In this document: positions 1 to 13,157 of the stretch, one piece after another
How positions within the stretch are numbered: the stretch's first letter is position 1
How the letters are laid out: every line of letters starts with the position of its first letter
Source: Lytechinus pictus
Lineage: Eukaryota
Direction of reading: 5' to 3'
Assembly: GCF_037042905.1 (NCBI RefSeq)
Contig: NC_087251.1
Location: 32,366,001-32,430,000, forward strand
Length of the DNA stretch: 64,000 nt
The notes under the pieces: model-generated
Databases searched by the model: none
Seen by the model: the letters and a program-made list of their open reading frames with translations, nothing else
What the model was told of the DNA's origin: nothing
Translations under genes and position numbers: made by a program

Positions 1-194
1 CATACATTTCTTTTCTCATTGTGGTGAACACATAGGCCTAATTGATTTTGCTTTTGCCATTATTTTTTAATGGAAAATAAAATATTCAGAAAGAGTATTA
101 TGAGACAACATTTATAAAATGATACATTTTTTGTGTGTTCTTGTCGAAAAGGAACGAGTGATTGTGTGTATGTGTTAAAAGAAGCATATGCCAA

Positions 195-320
195 GGAAAG
201 GGGGAAAGAAAGGTGGAGAAAGTGAAGGAGACAGAGAGAGAGGGGGAGCCCCGAGGAAGGAATGAGGGTGAGAGAGAGAGAGAGACAGAGGGGGAGGGAG
301 GAGAGAGAGGATGGGAGAAA
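195..320. repeat. GA-rich purine tract / (GA)n microsatellite
   Basis: Runs of gagagaga and ggga. Similar tracts occur at ~12.9-13.0, 13.8, 15.6-15.8, 19.0-19.15, 24.6-24.7, 36.3-36.5 and 41.0 kb. Confidence 0.9.
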
Positions 321-1677
321 TGGGTTTGGGATTGCGCTGCCCGTCTAGCGTGCTAATATTTGTCAAAATGAATTGGTCGAGTCTTGCTGTCATGGCAACG
401 AGATTTGGCGTCTAAGCGCTGGAAGAAAATCACCCGACCACGCATGCTCTGTTTAAATAACTCATTTCCATTTCGCCCGACTCTCCTATTCTCCACCACT
501 CTCGCTGCTTAATTGTCACCGCTGCATGCAAGCGGACCAAGTTAAGCCAAGGTAGTATGAGGGATCGGAGTAACAAATGGTTAATAATTCAGGTTCGTAT
601 GTCTATGCGCATGACAGCATAGTGGCGACACAGAATCATTTGGTGTAGGCGCGAGCGTTCTATTCGATACACTGTCATCACCATCATCATCATTTGGAGT
701 AGTCAGGGAAGAATATGAGAGGCGAACAAGCACCCGATCAGACTAAAATGGCAGCATCTAACAAGCATACAATCTGCCGTTAAACATGTATTTTTGTTTC
801 CATTGCCGAGGAGCATCACCTCTCACCTATTTTCTTCTGGATATGATTTCCCTGGAATATACCATTCTAGCTATTTGAAAATTAAGTTGCATCCTTTCTT
901 ACTCTCATTCCCATGTTGGGGGGGATTTGGATCCCCGTTGGATGAAAGCAAGACAGAGATCAAATTCTCAGTCGTTCTCATGATTATTTGTCGTGGCAAC
1001 CTCACCAACAAGAGGAATTTACAGTGGAAACATCGGTGATTGAAAGAAAATGCCAATGGCTCGACGAGGGTTAGTAGCCCCACAGAATACCTTTCTGGAG
1101 AATATTATCAGAAGGTCATCGATTCAACGTAAGTACTATCTCAAAATCATCAGTACAATTAGCTGTGCCCAAGCAATGCTTATTTTTATAGTATCCGGCG
1201 ATCGATGTAAAATGTTTGAATGCATTTGAAAGTATTTGATTATATACTTTTCTTATGTTATGAGTGTTTTATCATTTCATTTTTTTCGGCTGTGAATGAC
1301 ACGAGTAAACATTCAAACCTTTCAGCAGTCGAGCAAAACGAAATTAAGAACCCGACGTTCTTCAGCGATATGATTATCAATTGCCTTCCCTGCGTTCCTA
1401 CCAAACAAAACACATTTGCCAGGAAAAGTATATGAATTTAAAGATACACCATAACATTGTTTAGATTACACGAAACCACCTGTCAAAAAGACAAATTTCG
1501 GTTAAAAGGTTGCCAAAGGTTCAGAGGATTTTCTAAATTGAAACTAAGGTAAATTTCATATCGCAAATAAAATGTTTAATGAAAGACGAAAACATAAAAA
1601 GAATGGAATCAATTCAATAGTTTTCAAATTCTTCATCCTTTCTATTCCGCGTGTTGGATACATAGGTAGAGACACAA

Positions 1678-1814
1678 CAGGGGCCGCAGAAGCGGAAACG
1701 GATTTTTTTTTCCAAAATCGTGTACAAAAACGTAAAAATTACCGTAGGGTTGTGATTTTTTGGATGGTCAGCCCCCCCCCCCCCCCCACTTTGAAAACCG
1801 TTCCGCGGCCCCTG
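1678..1814. mobile_element. MITE with CAGGGGCCGC termini
   Basis: Left end CAGGGGCCGCAGAAGCGG; right end CCGTTCCGCGGCCCCTG (reverse complement CAGGGGCCGCGGAACGG). CAA flanks both sides; internal poly-C. Confidence 0.8.
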
Positions 1815-2680
1815 CAACAGAGACAAAGAGTTCATCTTCGCGAGGAAATGCATTCAGTTCCAATAAAATACTTTACTCATGCCATTATGATCAGCGCAAT
1901 ACAAGATCCCGTCTCTTGAATTAGTCCATGATTTAAACATCACTGGAAACATATGCGCCTCTTGTGCCCCTCTGGGCGATATAGGGTAAAGGTAGCAAAT
2001 AATCTCATACCTCCTTCAAACAGAAAAGTAAAGGCAAGACATCATCGACATGATTCTAATTTCATTACACGTAGGAATGTAATACGCGGAAACACATCAT
2101 TATGTTCTTGCGACACAAATTCGACTATATAGTGAGGAGACATTTCCCGGCAAAGAGATTCTTCATTTACGCGCAACTATAATAATGACCAATATTTTTG
2201 TTTCGTCCCTTTGAGGGTTGAATACTCATAAATGACTTTATCAAATACGAAACCTGAAATAGAAGTTTATAAATAATTTCATCCGTTCTGTAACAATACA
2301 TATTAAAATTTACTATTTTCCATTGGAAATGAATGAACGCAAATTTTATCTAAAATTGTCATTTTTTAAAATACTCAGCAGAAAAAGTCTCGTGGTGGCG
2401 TTTTTCCTACGATCACTTTCGCATTGCATCCCAATATAACAATATACAGTAAGCCAAAAAAATTAGCATGATAACCCAATAAATAAATGAATTGTGATAT
2501 ATCCCTCAAGTATGAAAGTCTATAAAATAGGCATGTGTAGGTTTAGGCTTACATCGCATGATAATTTAAAACAGTAACGAGTGTCAAGCAGGGCCTTTCC
2601 CATATTGCTATTCATTTATCCCCATCTATCTCGTGCATATTTTCTATGCATATTCATGAGACCCAATGACGTATATATCT

Positions 2681-3150
2681 AGGGGATATTCCTCCTGAGA
2701 ATCAAGCTGATTTGAATAATTCGATTAGAAAAAATGTTTTAAAAAGAGAATATATATACAATGGACTGAAATCAACAAAGTTTTGTTTATCATAAAATTG
2801 CTTGTTTTTTCTGTGATACAGTGATGAGCGAGATAATGACATCATGAACCCTCTTTAAAAAATGAAAATGGCAAATTATGAAGAAAATAACAAAGTCAAG
2901 TATTGAAGCACGTCATTCTTGTATGAAAAATACAACAATGGTAATATTATTTCACATCCAGGGAAAGTCATATTTGGCTAAAAAAAGTTGGCTCATGAAA
3001 ACATCGCCTCACACATTCAATGGATACAACCTCGTTCACTGTTAACTACTGAATACTGTTATTTTGATCTGATTTTGAAGAAATTTTCATTACTTTTCTT
3101 GGTTTATTCTACTCTGGGAATCCGCTTGATTTCACGTTGGACTGTTTCCT
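2681..3150. mobile_element. Degenerate Kolobok-type MITE remnant
   Basis: Begins AGGGGATATTCC. The right part (ttttgatctgattttgaagaaattttca...ttggactgtttcct) resembles the right TIR of the intact element at 41141-41747. Confidence 0.45.
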
Positions 3151-3292
3151 ATTATAACCTAACATAAACTTTGGTTGCTTGGTATTTTAGTTGATAAACA
3201 ATTATTTATTCATAGAATATCACGCTACAAGGATCTCCTCGGTATACTGAATTCCATAATGCCGAAGGAGACTATATTTTATATATATATAT

Positions 3293-3353
3293 ATCACGGG
3301 CGCTCGCTTAATGAGCACCAAAGATCATCGTTCTACAAAAAAGATACTGCATA

Positions 3354-3410
<57 letters not shown>

Positions 3411-3542
3411 TGTGTGAAAGAAATGGATTAAGAGAACAATGGTAGGCGTAGCTTAAATCATGGTTTAAGCTACGCCTACCATTGTTCTCTTCATCCATTT
3501 TTTTTACACAATATTTAAATAAAAGAGTTGCCAAAGCTGTTG

Positions 3543-3604
<62 letters not shown>

Positions 3605-3665
3605 TGCGGTATCTATTTTTGTAGAATGATGATCTTTGGTGCTCATTAAGCGAGCGCCCGTGATA
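3293..3665. mobile_element. Fold-back element embedded in (TA)n
   Basis: ~60-bp inverted repeats (atcacgggcgctcgcttaatgagcaccaaagatcatcgttctacaaaaa...gcatata at 3293 and its reverse complement ending ~3665) enclose TA runs. The same motif recurs at ~4121-4165 (-) and 4741 (+). Confidence 0.75.
3409..3512. repeat. 104-bp near-perfect palindrome
   Basis: attgtgtgaaagaaatggattaagagaacaatggtaggcgtagcttaaatca|tggtttaagctacgcctaccattgttctcttcatccattttttttacacaat; about 4 mismatches over the 52-bp arms. Confidence 0.95.
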
Positions 3666-4169
3666 TATATATTGTATACTGGATTATGTTTACGACAAAT
3701 CTAAAATTATCCCGAGTGTAGGTTTATTACTGTCATCGAGGCCGAAGGCCGAGGTGAAGAAGACCTGCGCGATTTATAATTTTATATTTGGAGTTTTATT
3801 ATAGTCCAGTAATATTGTATGATAGAACGTTCACTATTCATCACCGAGGCCGAGGACTACGGAATACTGTTATTTTGATCTGATTTCGAAGACACTTTCA
3901 TTACTTTTCTTGGTTTATTTTATTCTGGGAATCCGCTTGGTTTCGAGTTAGACTGTTTCCTATTATAACCTAACATAAACTTGGTTGCTTGGTATTTTAG
4001 TTTATAAACAATGATGTATTCATAGAGTATTAAGCTTCAATGGTCTTGGTATACTGAATTCCATAATGCCGAAGCAGACTATGTATATATATATATATAT
4101 ATATCATATATAAATTATCTGTTTAGAACGATGATCTTTGGTGCTCATTAAGCGAGCGCCCTTGATATA

Positions 4170-4737
4170 TAATAGTGTATACTGGATTATATTTACGACA
4201 AATCTAAAATTATCCCGAGTGTAGGTTTATTACTGTCATCGAGGCCGAATGCCGAGGTGAAGAAGACCTGCACGATTTATAATTTTATATTTGGAATTTT
4301 ATTATAGTCCAGTAATATTGTATGATAGAACGTTCACTATTCATTACAGTAAATTGCACAATGCCTACTTAGTTTGTTGCACGCGAGCAAATGGGAGGCT
4401 GAATGTCAAATATTCGTACCGTTGCAACAATTACCATCCAAAAATGTACCGTCCATCATATAAAGTTGCACAAGTCAGGAAAAGGTGACGTCACTAATAA
4501 AATTAAGATTCGACGCATTGCATGCGCTTAGTAAATGCAGACGCGCAGGACTGACTGGCTAAATGCGCATTGTTTTCAATCGATATACTCCCCATTCATT
4601 TAACACGGGTTTTACCCTCCAAAAATCGAAAGTTATATTGTACACAATTATGTACAATATAACTTTTTGCAGGGAGGTCACGTGGTACCAATCTAGCCAA
4701 TCACAGCTCGTATTTTATTACCACTATTTACTATATA
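4170..4737 (+). mobile_element. Crypton-like non-autonomous element (partial second copy at ~3670-3841)
   Basis: Imperfect hairpin actggattat...tatagtccagt centred on cgaggccgaa(g/t)gccgagg. The distal end has the palindrome gttatattgtaca...tgtacaatataac followed by gccaatcacagctcg. This layout resembles non-autonomous Cryptons of marine invertebrates (recognised from memory). Confidence 0.55.
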
Positions 4738-5019
4738 TGCCACGGGCGCTCGCTTAATGAGCACCGAAGTAGTCTATATATCAGAAAATCTATCATCCTA
4801 CAAAAATAAATACTGTATTTTCTGTTTGAAATTTATTAATAATGAATAATTGTATTTGTAGTACTTTTTTTGTACAATTATCGTACAAACAAATCTTATC
4901 ATTGCTGGAGGGTGTTATCTTGTTTCATAATTTCAATATAGTCTCAATTAAAATGTATGGATTCTGTATCTGAAGGACCTGTCAGACATATATTTTAGCT
5001 GGTGTATGCGGACGTATTA

Positions 5020-5215
5020 TGGTAAGCCGTTTTCTAATTCAATCCCTTTTTCGGGATATCAAGTATTCCATTCGTGATATCAAGAATCGCCTTTTGTGAA
5101 CAGCACAAATATCAAGAAACTGAATTTTACTTATCGAGACATCATTATCATTTTATGTTAACCAAAAGGAAATCTCGATATAAATAGATATGCGTAAAGG
5201 AGAAACGGCTTTCCA
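5020..5215. mobile_element. MITE with TA TSD
   Basis: ta|TGGTAAGCCGTTT ... AAACGGCTTTCCA|ta, with internal gatatcaag subrepeats. Confidence 0.75.
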
Positions 5216-5486
5216 TATCGTATAGGTCGGCATAGCCTGGCTAAAAATGTCAAGGTGTGACCGCGCCTTATTTAAACAAAAATTTAATCAGAAGTAGATC
5301 AAAATGTCATGCTATTATGCTAACTAATCTCTGGCAAAATCGTATTCATAATCCTTAAAAGAATGATGTATCGTCTTAATAGCCTCGAGCTGAAGGATTG
5401 CTAGTTTTCTCTATTCGTGAAATATATTTTCTACATGACTGTAGTCTACGTTAAAAAAATTGCAACGCAAAAATGAAAACCACAGA

Positions 5487-5681
5487 GGTGACACAAATTT
5501 GCTCCTGTGGCAATTGTTCCTGTCTTGATATCACAGAGGGCATGTGGTCAGAGTTAGGACTGTAATAGAGTTTTTGGTTCAGAGTAGTGCAATGATAAGG
5601 ATTGGGTTACTCAGTTTTAGATGTTAGGTTTTATTTATGGCTTTACGTTCAGATTTTCAAACGGGGCAAATGTCATGGAGC
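5487..5681. mobile_element. MITE with degenerate GGTTAG-like interior and ~9-bp TSD
   Basis: Left GGTGACACAAATTTGCTCC..., right ...GGGGCAAATGTCATGGAGC. Flanks are aaccacaga and gaccacagc (7/9 identical). Confidence 0.6.
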
Positions 5682-5849
5682 GACCACAGCATGGTGTGAG
5701 AAAAACTTCAAAAACTAAATGTTGGTTTTGTTTCACGGAGTTGGTACTTCCATCCTGTCAAATTATTTAGTGCTGTCGTATATACCCTGATTATGATATT
5801 TTTGGGAATATCATTATACCTCGATAAGATGTTTGTATCTGTCACACCA

Positions 5850-6028
5850 GGGGACCGTTTCATAAAGCTGTTCGTAAGTTAAGAGCGACTTTTAGAACGA
5901 CTGGTGATCCTTTCTTGTGGTAAATGATGTTCACCATTATCATTGGTGATTATTTAGCGTGTAAGAAAGGTTCACCAGTCGTTCTTAAAGTCGCCTTAAC
6001 TTACGAACAGCTTTATGAAACACCCACC
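5850..6028. mobile_element. PIF/Harbinger-like MITE (long palindrome)
   Basis: gtttcataaagctgttcgtaagttaag...gaacgactggtga is inverted to tcaccagtcgttc...cttaacttacgaacagctttatgaaac. A related copy lies at 54512-54678. Confidence 0.85.
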
Positions 6029-9000
6029 TGCTTGCACGGGTTTATGATACCGACTTGATCTCGTCTCTGAATCAAGTCTCCTGCAACCCGCGGCAAAGCT
6101 CTTCAGTGCGCGTGCATATGCGACCTTCAAAATAATTCACCACCATCCATAACATTATTCATTATGGAGATGAATTTTGAAAGTGTATTGAAAATCATTG
6201 TAAAAAGCCCTTGTCATTCTAATGAGCTCTATCTTCACCTTCTGAATGCTAATACAGCTATCTACTGAATACGAAGGCCGTAGGGTCTCGCCAAGACCTC
6301 AGTGCGTGAAATTGCCTTTTTTTCTGTCGACAGCCACAAAATAGAACTATGGAGAAAAAAAATTCTCAATTTGACCTCGGCTGATGAGTATTGGACGGTA
6401 ATCTATGTATTCATATTACATTGGTTGTCTTTTCACTTCATTTCCTATGTACTTTCGTTCCCGGAGCATGAAATGCAATTCGCCAATTTTCATGGTCCAG
6501 TGAGTGGCAGAAAGGCCAGTGTACAATTTGATTTCTGCACGTCTTCCATCCCAAGGAATGTTTCTCTACATTGCTCCAAGTAACCAACACATTATTTTTA
6601 TTAACTTATTAAACCTTCACTTCTCTGGCAAATAATTTGTGCCCAACGTCGATTAGGCTTGTAGGCCTATTTGTAGTCCCTGATGACATGCCCTTTTCAT
6701 CTTTTTATAGGCTTTCATAATTATATTCGATGCCTTCAGAAATTAGTCGACAATTCTCTTTCGAAAGTCCGTATTATCATGCATCTTTCACTCTTAAACG
6801 TGCGGAGAGGCACTACTTCCTGACCGAGAAGCTGAGCCGCAATGCACCCGTAACCGAAGGGGTCGCGCAAAGCTAATCCACCGACGACTGTGCATGGTGG
6901 GGTTATAACGTACCAATATACTTCAAGTGTATTTATTAGGCGTCCTGAATTCAAATAGCATTTCCATATAGTTTGGATGCAAAATAATTGATTTATCTCC
7001 ATCTTTATTGCATTTTACCCGTGATATCAGTATTATTATAATATAAATTTTGCTGCTTTTTTCGGTGTTCCTGAAACAGAACTAATTCTATTTATAAATG
7101 TAGTAATGTTTTAACAAAATATATATTTTCCGAATCAGAGATCAGGATCAGTGCCTCAAGATTGTTTCCAATAATTGAAATATATAATAATTTGCTGAAT
7201 ACGATTAATGTGAATACCACTTTCCATGGTGAAAACATAAACATACAAATAAATCCTTTTTATCATCATCATAATCATTATTATCATTATTATAATGATT
7301 ATTGATATCATTGTCATCATGATTATCATTTTTATACTTATTCTTGTACAATGCCTCTGAGGGTTTTTTATTTTAAAAATGAATCATAGAAATAACAACC
7401 ATGTTCATGCAGATCATTTGAAGCGCGAGTTCTATAGTCGTAATTTACACCATAATAAATTACACCATTGAAACTTCTTGGTGACGCACTAAAAATGTCA
7501 GAATGCTAGCCATACGAATGACAATTGAGTAAATTCTGATGTCCACACAATAGTGGAGTAGCATGCCCATTCTATATATAAATATTTTCTGTAATTTGCA
7601 TGCATGAGAATAATAGAGGGGAAAATAAAGTATTCGCTGAAAGGGAAATATTAAGAGCAGCATGAAATATACCTTTTTTTGATTCCGACCATCGATTCAT
7701 CACCATCTTTGCGAGTGAAATCATGTCACTTGCCTTTGCCTATAGTTTTTCTTCTTCGTGAGTCGGTGAAAGGGAAGGCATGGAAGGGGGAAATGATTGG
7801 TTGGCCATCTTCTTTATTAGGGCACGTTGCACATGTCAACCGGAATATCCACTCACACACGTTTGAGTGCATTGGACACAGTAAAACGGCACCGTTTTAT
7901 TTCAGGGAATGACAAAGTTGACTTGATGACTTTTGATGATTTGGTCATTCGTATATACCAGCAAACAATGCGCAACATGCGTGAAGTTGTCAATTTTCAT
8001 GCTCGAACTGGCTTCCGTTTTAATGATCCTTGAACATAAATGTAATAAGCTTGTGCCGGAACGGAAATGATGCAAATCCTAGTCAAAAGTCTAAAGACAT
8101 TCTATGTGAGAGCAGTGAATCTAGGATTAAACATTATGTCCGGGCCAAGCGAGAAAATTGACAACCCCCCCCTCCGCCGCCAACAAAGGACGCTGGGTCA
8201 AGCATTGGAAAATTTAAATGTTTTGGGTTTTGTGAGAGATTTGTTCCTTAATGAAAAAAAAATACCAGTTTTTACTCGGCTTGAAATATACTATATGAAC
8301 CTACTTAATCCAATAATGTAAATGAGTCAATACAGTATACTATCTATTGGTAATCCAATAAAACAAGATAAAATGAAACTTTTTTACTGTCTTAACGTAT
8401 TTCCAATACTCATACACAGAGGCACTTCATCGTAATGTTATCTTTTGGCCTAAATAAAAACAGACATCAACTGTTTCATAATGAAAAGTGAAATAAGGTG
8501 GAGTACTGTGAAGATAATAAAGGAAAAGTGAAACAATGATTGCTTTGTTTTTTTAAGAAACATTGATTGGAACGTATACCCTTCATTTCTCTTATCATTA
8601 ATTGACTGTCGCCTTTTCTCTATTTTCATCAATCCGCATCAACTTGACAGAATGTGCGCACCAGTTCAAAATACCCCGCCAAAAGGCGCCAACTTGATAA
8701 AAGTATAGGCCTGCAGTAGGCGGGGACGTGCACAGATAAACGTGGTTAGATGTGACAAAGCAGGTGCTTCTGATTTCATATCAGCTGCGCAGGAATCTGG
8801 ATGTGGGAAACCCGTATCCTTTCATCTGTGAGGTCTGAAACGACTTAGGAAACCGACGGTTCCTCTTCTACTTCGGATGAATAAAGGATTATGAAAAAGC
8901 TTTAAATGAGGATAATCAACCGTGAATATTTGGCGGAACGAACGGTTATGTAGTCTTTAAACATGTTAAACTCGATGGGATTGTTTTCCATGCGCATTCA

Positions 9001-11399
9001 CACTATCCCCGCATACAGTTTATAGTGAGAAGGTGAGTTAATAAAAAAGGCGTCTGCCCGACAAAGCACCAATCATGGATCCGAACCTGACCGAGGTGTA
9101 TGCTTAAATTCGCTATGTATTCACCCTCTCATTTTAATCGTTTACTCAGGTTATTCACTTACTATGGGCGCGTGGTAAATGGTAAAAAGCGCTATGTAAA
9201 TCCATATTAATTCAGTATTAATACTATTTTCTTTACTTTAATCAAACCAGACCTTCAGTGCCATAATCCTGATTTAAAAAAAATCTAAAAACACAATATT
9301 TGTATCATAACAAACTTTACTTTTTCATTATTGTGTAACACATAAATCAATTTCGTTTAATAGTATACACCGCACGTGACTTTTTTTAAGTTAGTAAATG
9401 AAATCATTGGAAGAGACAACAATATTTGGTTTCTATGCTTTGTTGACAATGAGAAATCAAGTAATGTTTTATTCGATACGCAATGAAGTAACTACGTGGC
9501 TTAGGAGGGGTGAATGACTGATGATGAGCTCTGATATTATCTTAATTTCTCTTTACATGCAGAGACTTACCATATAAATGACTACGGTATCAAAATAGAT
9601 GTTTAACCACATATATACAGCGTTAATAAATTTCAATCAAGTAATGCACGATTTGTAATACTATACGGTAAAAAGTTGTGATAAAAAACAGATAAAAGCA
9701 AATGCAGATTTTCATCGAAAGTAATATTAATGAAATTCTGAGTTATCTGCTCATATCGTTACTTTGTTATGAAAATCAATATGATGTCTATATCGACAAC
9801 GCAATCAACGAAATGGAGAAAGAGTCTTCTCTTGCTCGTAAAATCTTACTGTTGAAGTTATTGTTTAACTTTTCGATTTGCCAACTCCGAGCCGATGAGA
9901 TTTAAAAGCCGTTAAATTACTCGGGAAATTAAAATAAAATGTTATGAGAATTGGAATTTGATCCCGAGAGTCTATTACAGAAGGTTGGAAAGTCAGGTGA
10001 CTTTAAAACGGCGCGAAGCACGGTATGTAGGCTGCTGGTACAAAGTTCACATCTAAAGTAGATCACGTGACCTTAAGAGTTGTGGATGAAAAGGAATGCA
10101 AGTATCATTAGCCGGGGATCTGAAAAGGTCTGTTTTTATGATAGACGTATTAATCTTTCAGTACAACCAAAAATATCACAAAGGATTATAATACACTCGC
10201 TATATCTAGCAAATGCGATCCATACATTCTTTATATTTTGCTATCTATGTGTTTTCAATGATACTTTTCTATCCAAATGTGTCCCTCCCTTCATAAAGCC
10301 AACAAAAAGAAACACCTCTTAAACTTTTAGCATTCATCAATCGAAATTCATTTTTATTGAATTCTTACATTACAATTCTTAATGTCTTTTTGCCTTTAAT
10401 ACCTGTGCATTTAATGAGCGAGAATCCTCATTATGACAAACATATTAATCTTGCATACACGTAAAAACGGTCGTAGCATCTCATTCAATAATTCGTCAAT
10501 TAGTCGAATCAAACCATTTGTCAAAGTTCAGGGATCTTTCTCCAATTTGTCATCCCATCCTTCCCCTATCATCATCGAATAATCGACATCATCAAATCTA
10601 ATTTCATTCTCCTCCTTAAAGGAGATAGATTGGTCTGAGTGAGAAAGGTCATAATATCTTGGTATAGTATCGCATCCATTTCGCGAAATATGCACCTACA
10701 AGAGAAAACGTATGTAGTGCAAGACGTCTTTGCCCATACATCTCTCGATTCTCTGACTAAATATATTCCTCTAGATATATTATCATCCGATATACTTAAT
10801 CATGTCCCACGCCACAAAATGTATGAATATGGTGTGGAAAATACAAACATTTTGAGTTTGTTTTTTTCCCGTTTTGCTCTAACGAATATGGATATTCGAT
10901 GAGGAATTTGACGCGTAATTTGACAGGCTCATTGAAGGCGAACAAGAGACTTTGACTCTTTAATCTCATTACAGCAATGTTCAAGCGGCATAAACAGCCC
11001 GAGAATGATGGATATGTATCTCAGAATAGAGCCTTTTCTCTCTCCCCTTCTCAAACCCAACTCCCAAATCGAGAAAAGGCGATATATGGGCAAAGGAAGC
11101 GATATGAGTAAAATAGGTTGTAGCAAAGTACATTAGCATGTTGTCAAGGACAATAATATAATAACAGAGGCTGCACTCACCACAGACAAGGTTATAAACT
11201 CTTTCTAGATCAACATCCCCAATAACTCTGACGAAAAAACTAATATCGAAACTTGATTCCTGAGGTAGAGAAAATATATAAAAATACTTCTTTTTTAATT
11301 TTCACCCGCAGCCCCTTTTTCTCGCCCAATTGTTTCCATTTAACCATTTTACACCATAATCTTCCATTCATGTTGAATAGAAATAAACATTTTAATCTA

Positions 11400-11605
11400 C
11401 ACTCTTAAAATGCCCAACTTTTAACCGATCCTGGGCCCACTGTCTACACAACTATTGGTTAAAAGTCTGTCCAAACTGGATTAAAAAAAGTAATTGGGCA
11501 ATAAATTTGCTCAATTGGATAATAATTGCCCAGAATATATATATTTATTTACAAACATACATTACCCAACACAGTGAACAGTATGTTGCCAACATTTTAA
11601 GTGTG
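11400..11605. mobile_element. CACT-terminated MITE, TA TSD (EnSpm/CMC-like)
   Basis: ta|CACTCTTAAAATG ... CATTTTAAGTGTG|ta, with internal cccaa/ttggg subrepeats. Confidence 0.7.
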
Positions 11606-11655
11606 TAAAAAAAAAATCCTCGCTGATTTTATTATAGATTATAGAAATGAATATA

Positions 11656-11678
11656 ATAGATAGATAGATAGATATATG

Positions 11679-11765
<87 letters not shown>
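11656..11765 (+). repeat. (GATA)n microsatellite
   Basis: Direct tandem gata units. Confidence 0.98.
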
Positions 11766-12482
11766 CTAGAAATGTAGATAGACAGAAAGTTAAATAGCAT
11801 GGCAGTTGGTATGTAGTAGGTTAAAATAAGTAATATTTATAAAAATATATAAAAAAAAGAAAGCGCACGAAAAGAGGGAGAAAGGGGAAATAAATCAGCC
11901 GAGTTCAAGGTTATTTACAGTTGATAGCAGTGATGAAAGTGTCACACCCATTAGGAATATTACTTTGTTACTGGTCACGTGACTTAGTGATACACTTACC
12001 TATTCTCTGGAGACTAATCCCATTAAATTCGATGTAGTGCCGATGTACTTATTTAACTAAGCTGCACAACAAGGGCTAGTTTTTATCAAGATATAGCAGT
12101 TGAAGACCGTCAACATTCATAGTTTTGGGATGCTTGCGCATCATGATAGTCATGCCCGGGCCTACATCTTTGCTGCTCTTACGTGAATTATCTCCTAAAG
12201 CGAGTACTTAACATCTTTCTTGTTATCATAATGATGAGTGAATACTGAATAAAATTGATGATGAAACTATGCATGATTTAAGCATTGTAGCAATTGGGGT
12301 CATTTTTATGTTTCTCAGAAACATACATTTTTTTCATCAATGTTTTTATTTATAAATATAATAAAAAGAATGCTTACAATCGAAAGATTATATGTTGTTC
12401 AACAAATAAACAGGGATACATTACAATCACATGACAAAACACAATCGAAAAGTATAAAACTGATCTTGAAGAAACAGACCAA

Positions 12483-12645
12483 CGGAGCCCATAAGGTGAC
12501 GTGACATGCCCCCCCCCCCCCCATTCGTTCCCTCTACTTACAACTTGTTCTCTTAACTTATATAACTCGTCCCTCGACTTAGTACTCGTTTCAGATGGAA
12601 CGAGTAAGGGGGGGGGGGACATGTAATGTCACCTTAGGGGGTGCA
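12483..12645. mobile_element. MITE with poly-C/poly-G TIRs
   Basis: cccataaggtgacgtgacatgcccccccc is inverted to ggggggggacatgtaatgtcaccttagggg. Confidence 0.8.
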
Positions 12646-13157
12646 TAGTCCTACAAACCGAACATGATAGTTGTGAATTTCAGTTTCCTTTTCAATGGAT
12701 TACAAGCTTGTATACTGGTATTTTGTAGACTCATGGACCTACTATGGTAGAATGATGTACCATTCACGTATACTGAAGACAGCCATGGACGTGTATCTGA
12801 CACGAAGGTACATTCTTAGTCAACCCCAGACGATACCGCTCTTATCATCATCATCGTCGGCTCGTCATGAGGATTGGCATGGATCCTAATAATGATCATC
12901 CTAGTCTCGGGGGGGGGGGGGTGAGAAGAGGAATGGGAAGAGGAATAGGGGAAGAGTGAGATAGAGGGGGAAAGGAGATGGAGAGGAGGGCATCTTGAGG
13001 GTGTAAGAGGGGCGCGGAGGGTGAGAGAAGGTGAGAAAGAGCAACATTCGGTGTCGACCGAGGGGTTACCATGGGGATATCAATAATGGCGCCATCATCA
13101 TTGTCAGATCAGGAATTTTAAAATAAAAAATGCGTTTTAAGAATCCGTTCACACTCA

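Larger units (their letters stand above)
3045..4344 (+). repeat. Old imperfect tandem duplication (units 3045-3841 and 3856-4344)
   Basis: Both units start actac(t/g)gaatactgttattttgatctgattt and end gatagaacgttcactattcat. They differ by many substitutions, and unit 2 lacks the internal fold-back block. Confidence 0.9.

Noticed and set aside
3409..3512. Pre-miRNA interpretation of the palindrome
   Set aside because: It has no terminal loop, sits in (TA)n like a MITE, and matches no conserved miRNA I recognise.
5550..5640. Telomere-like gttagg repeats
   Set aside because: They are highly degenerate and internal to a TIR element, so not an interstitial telomere.
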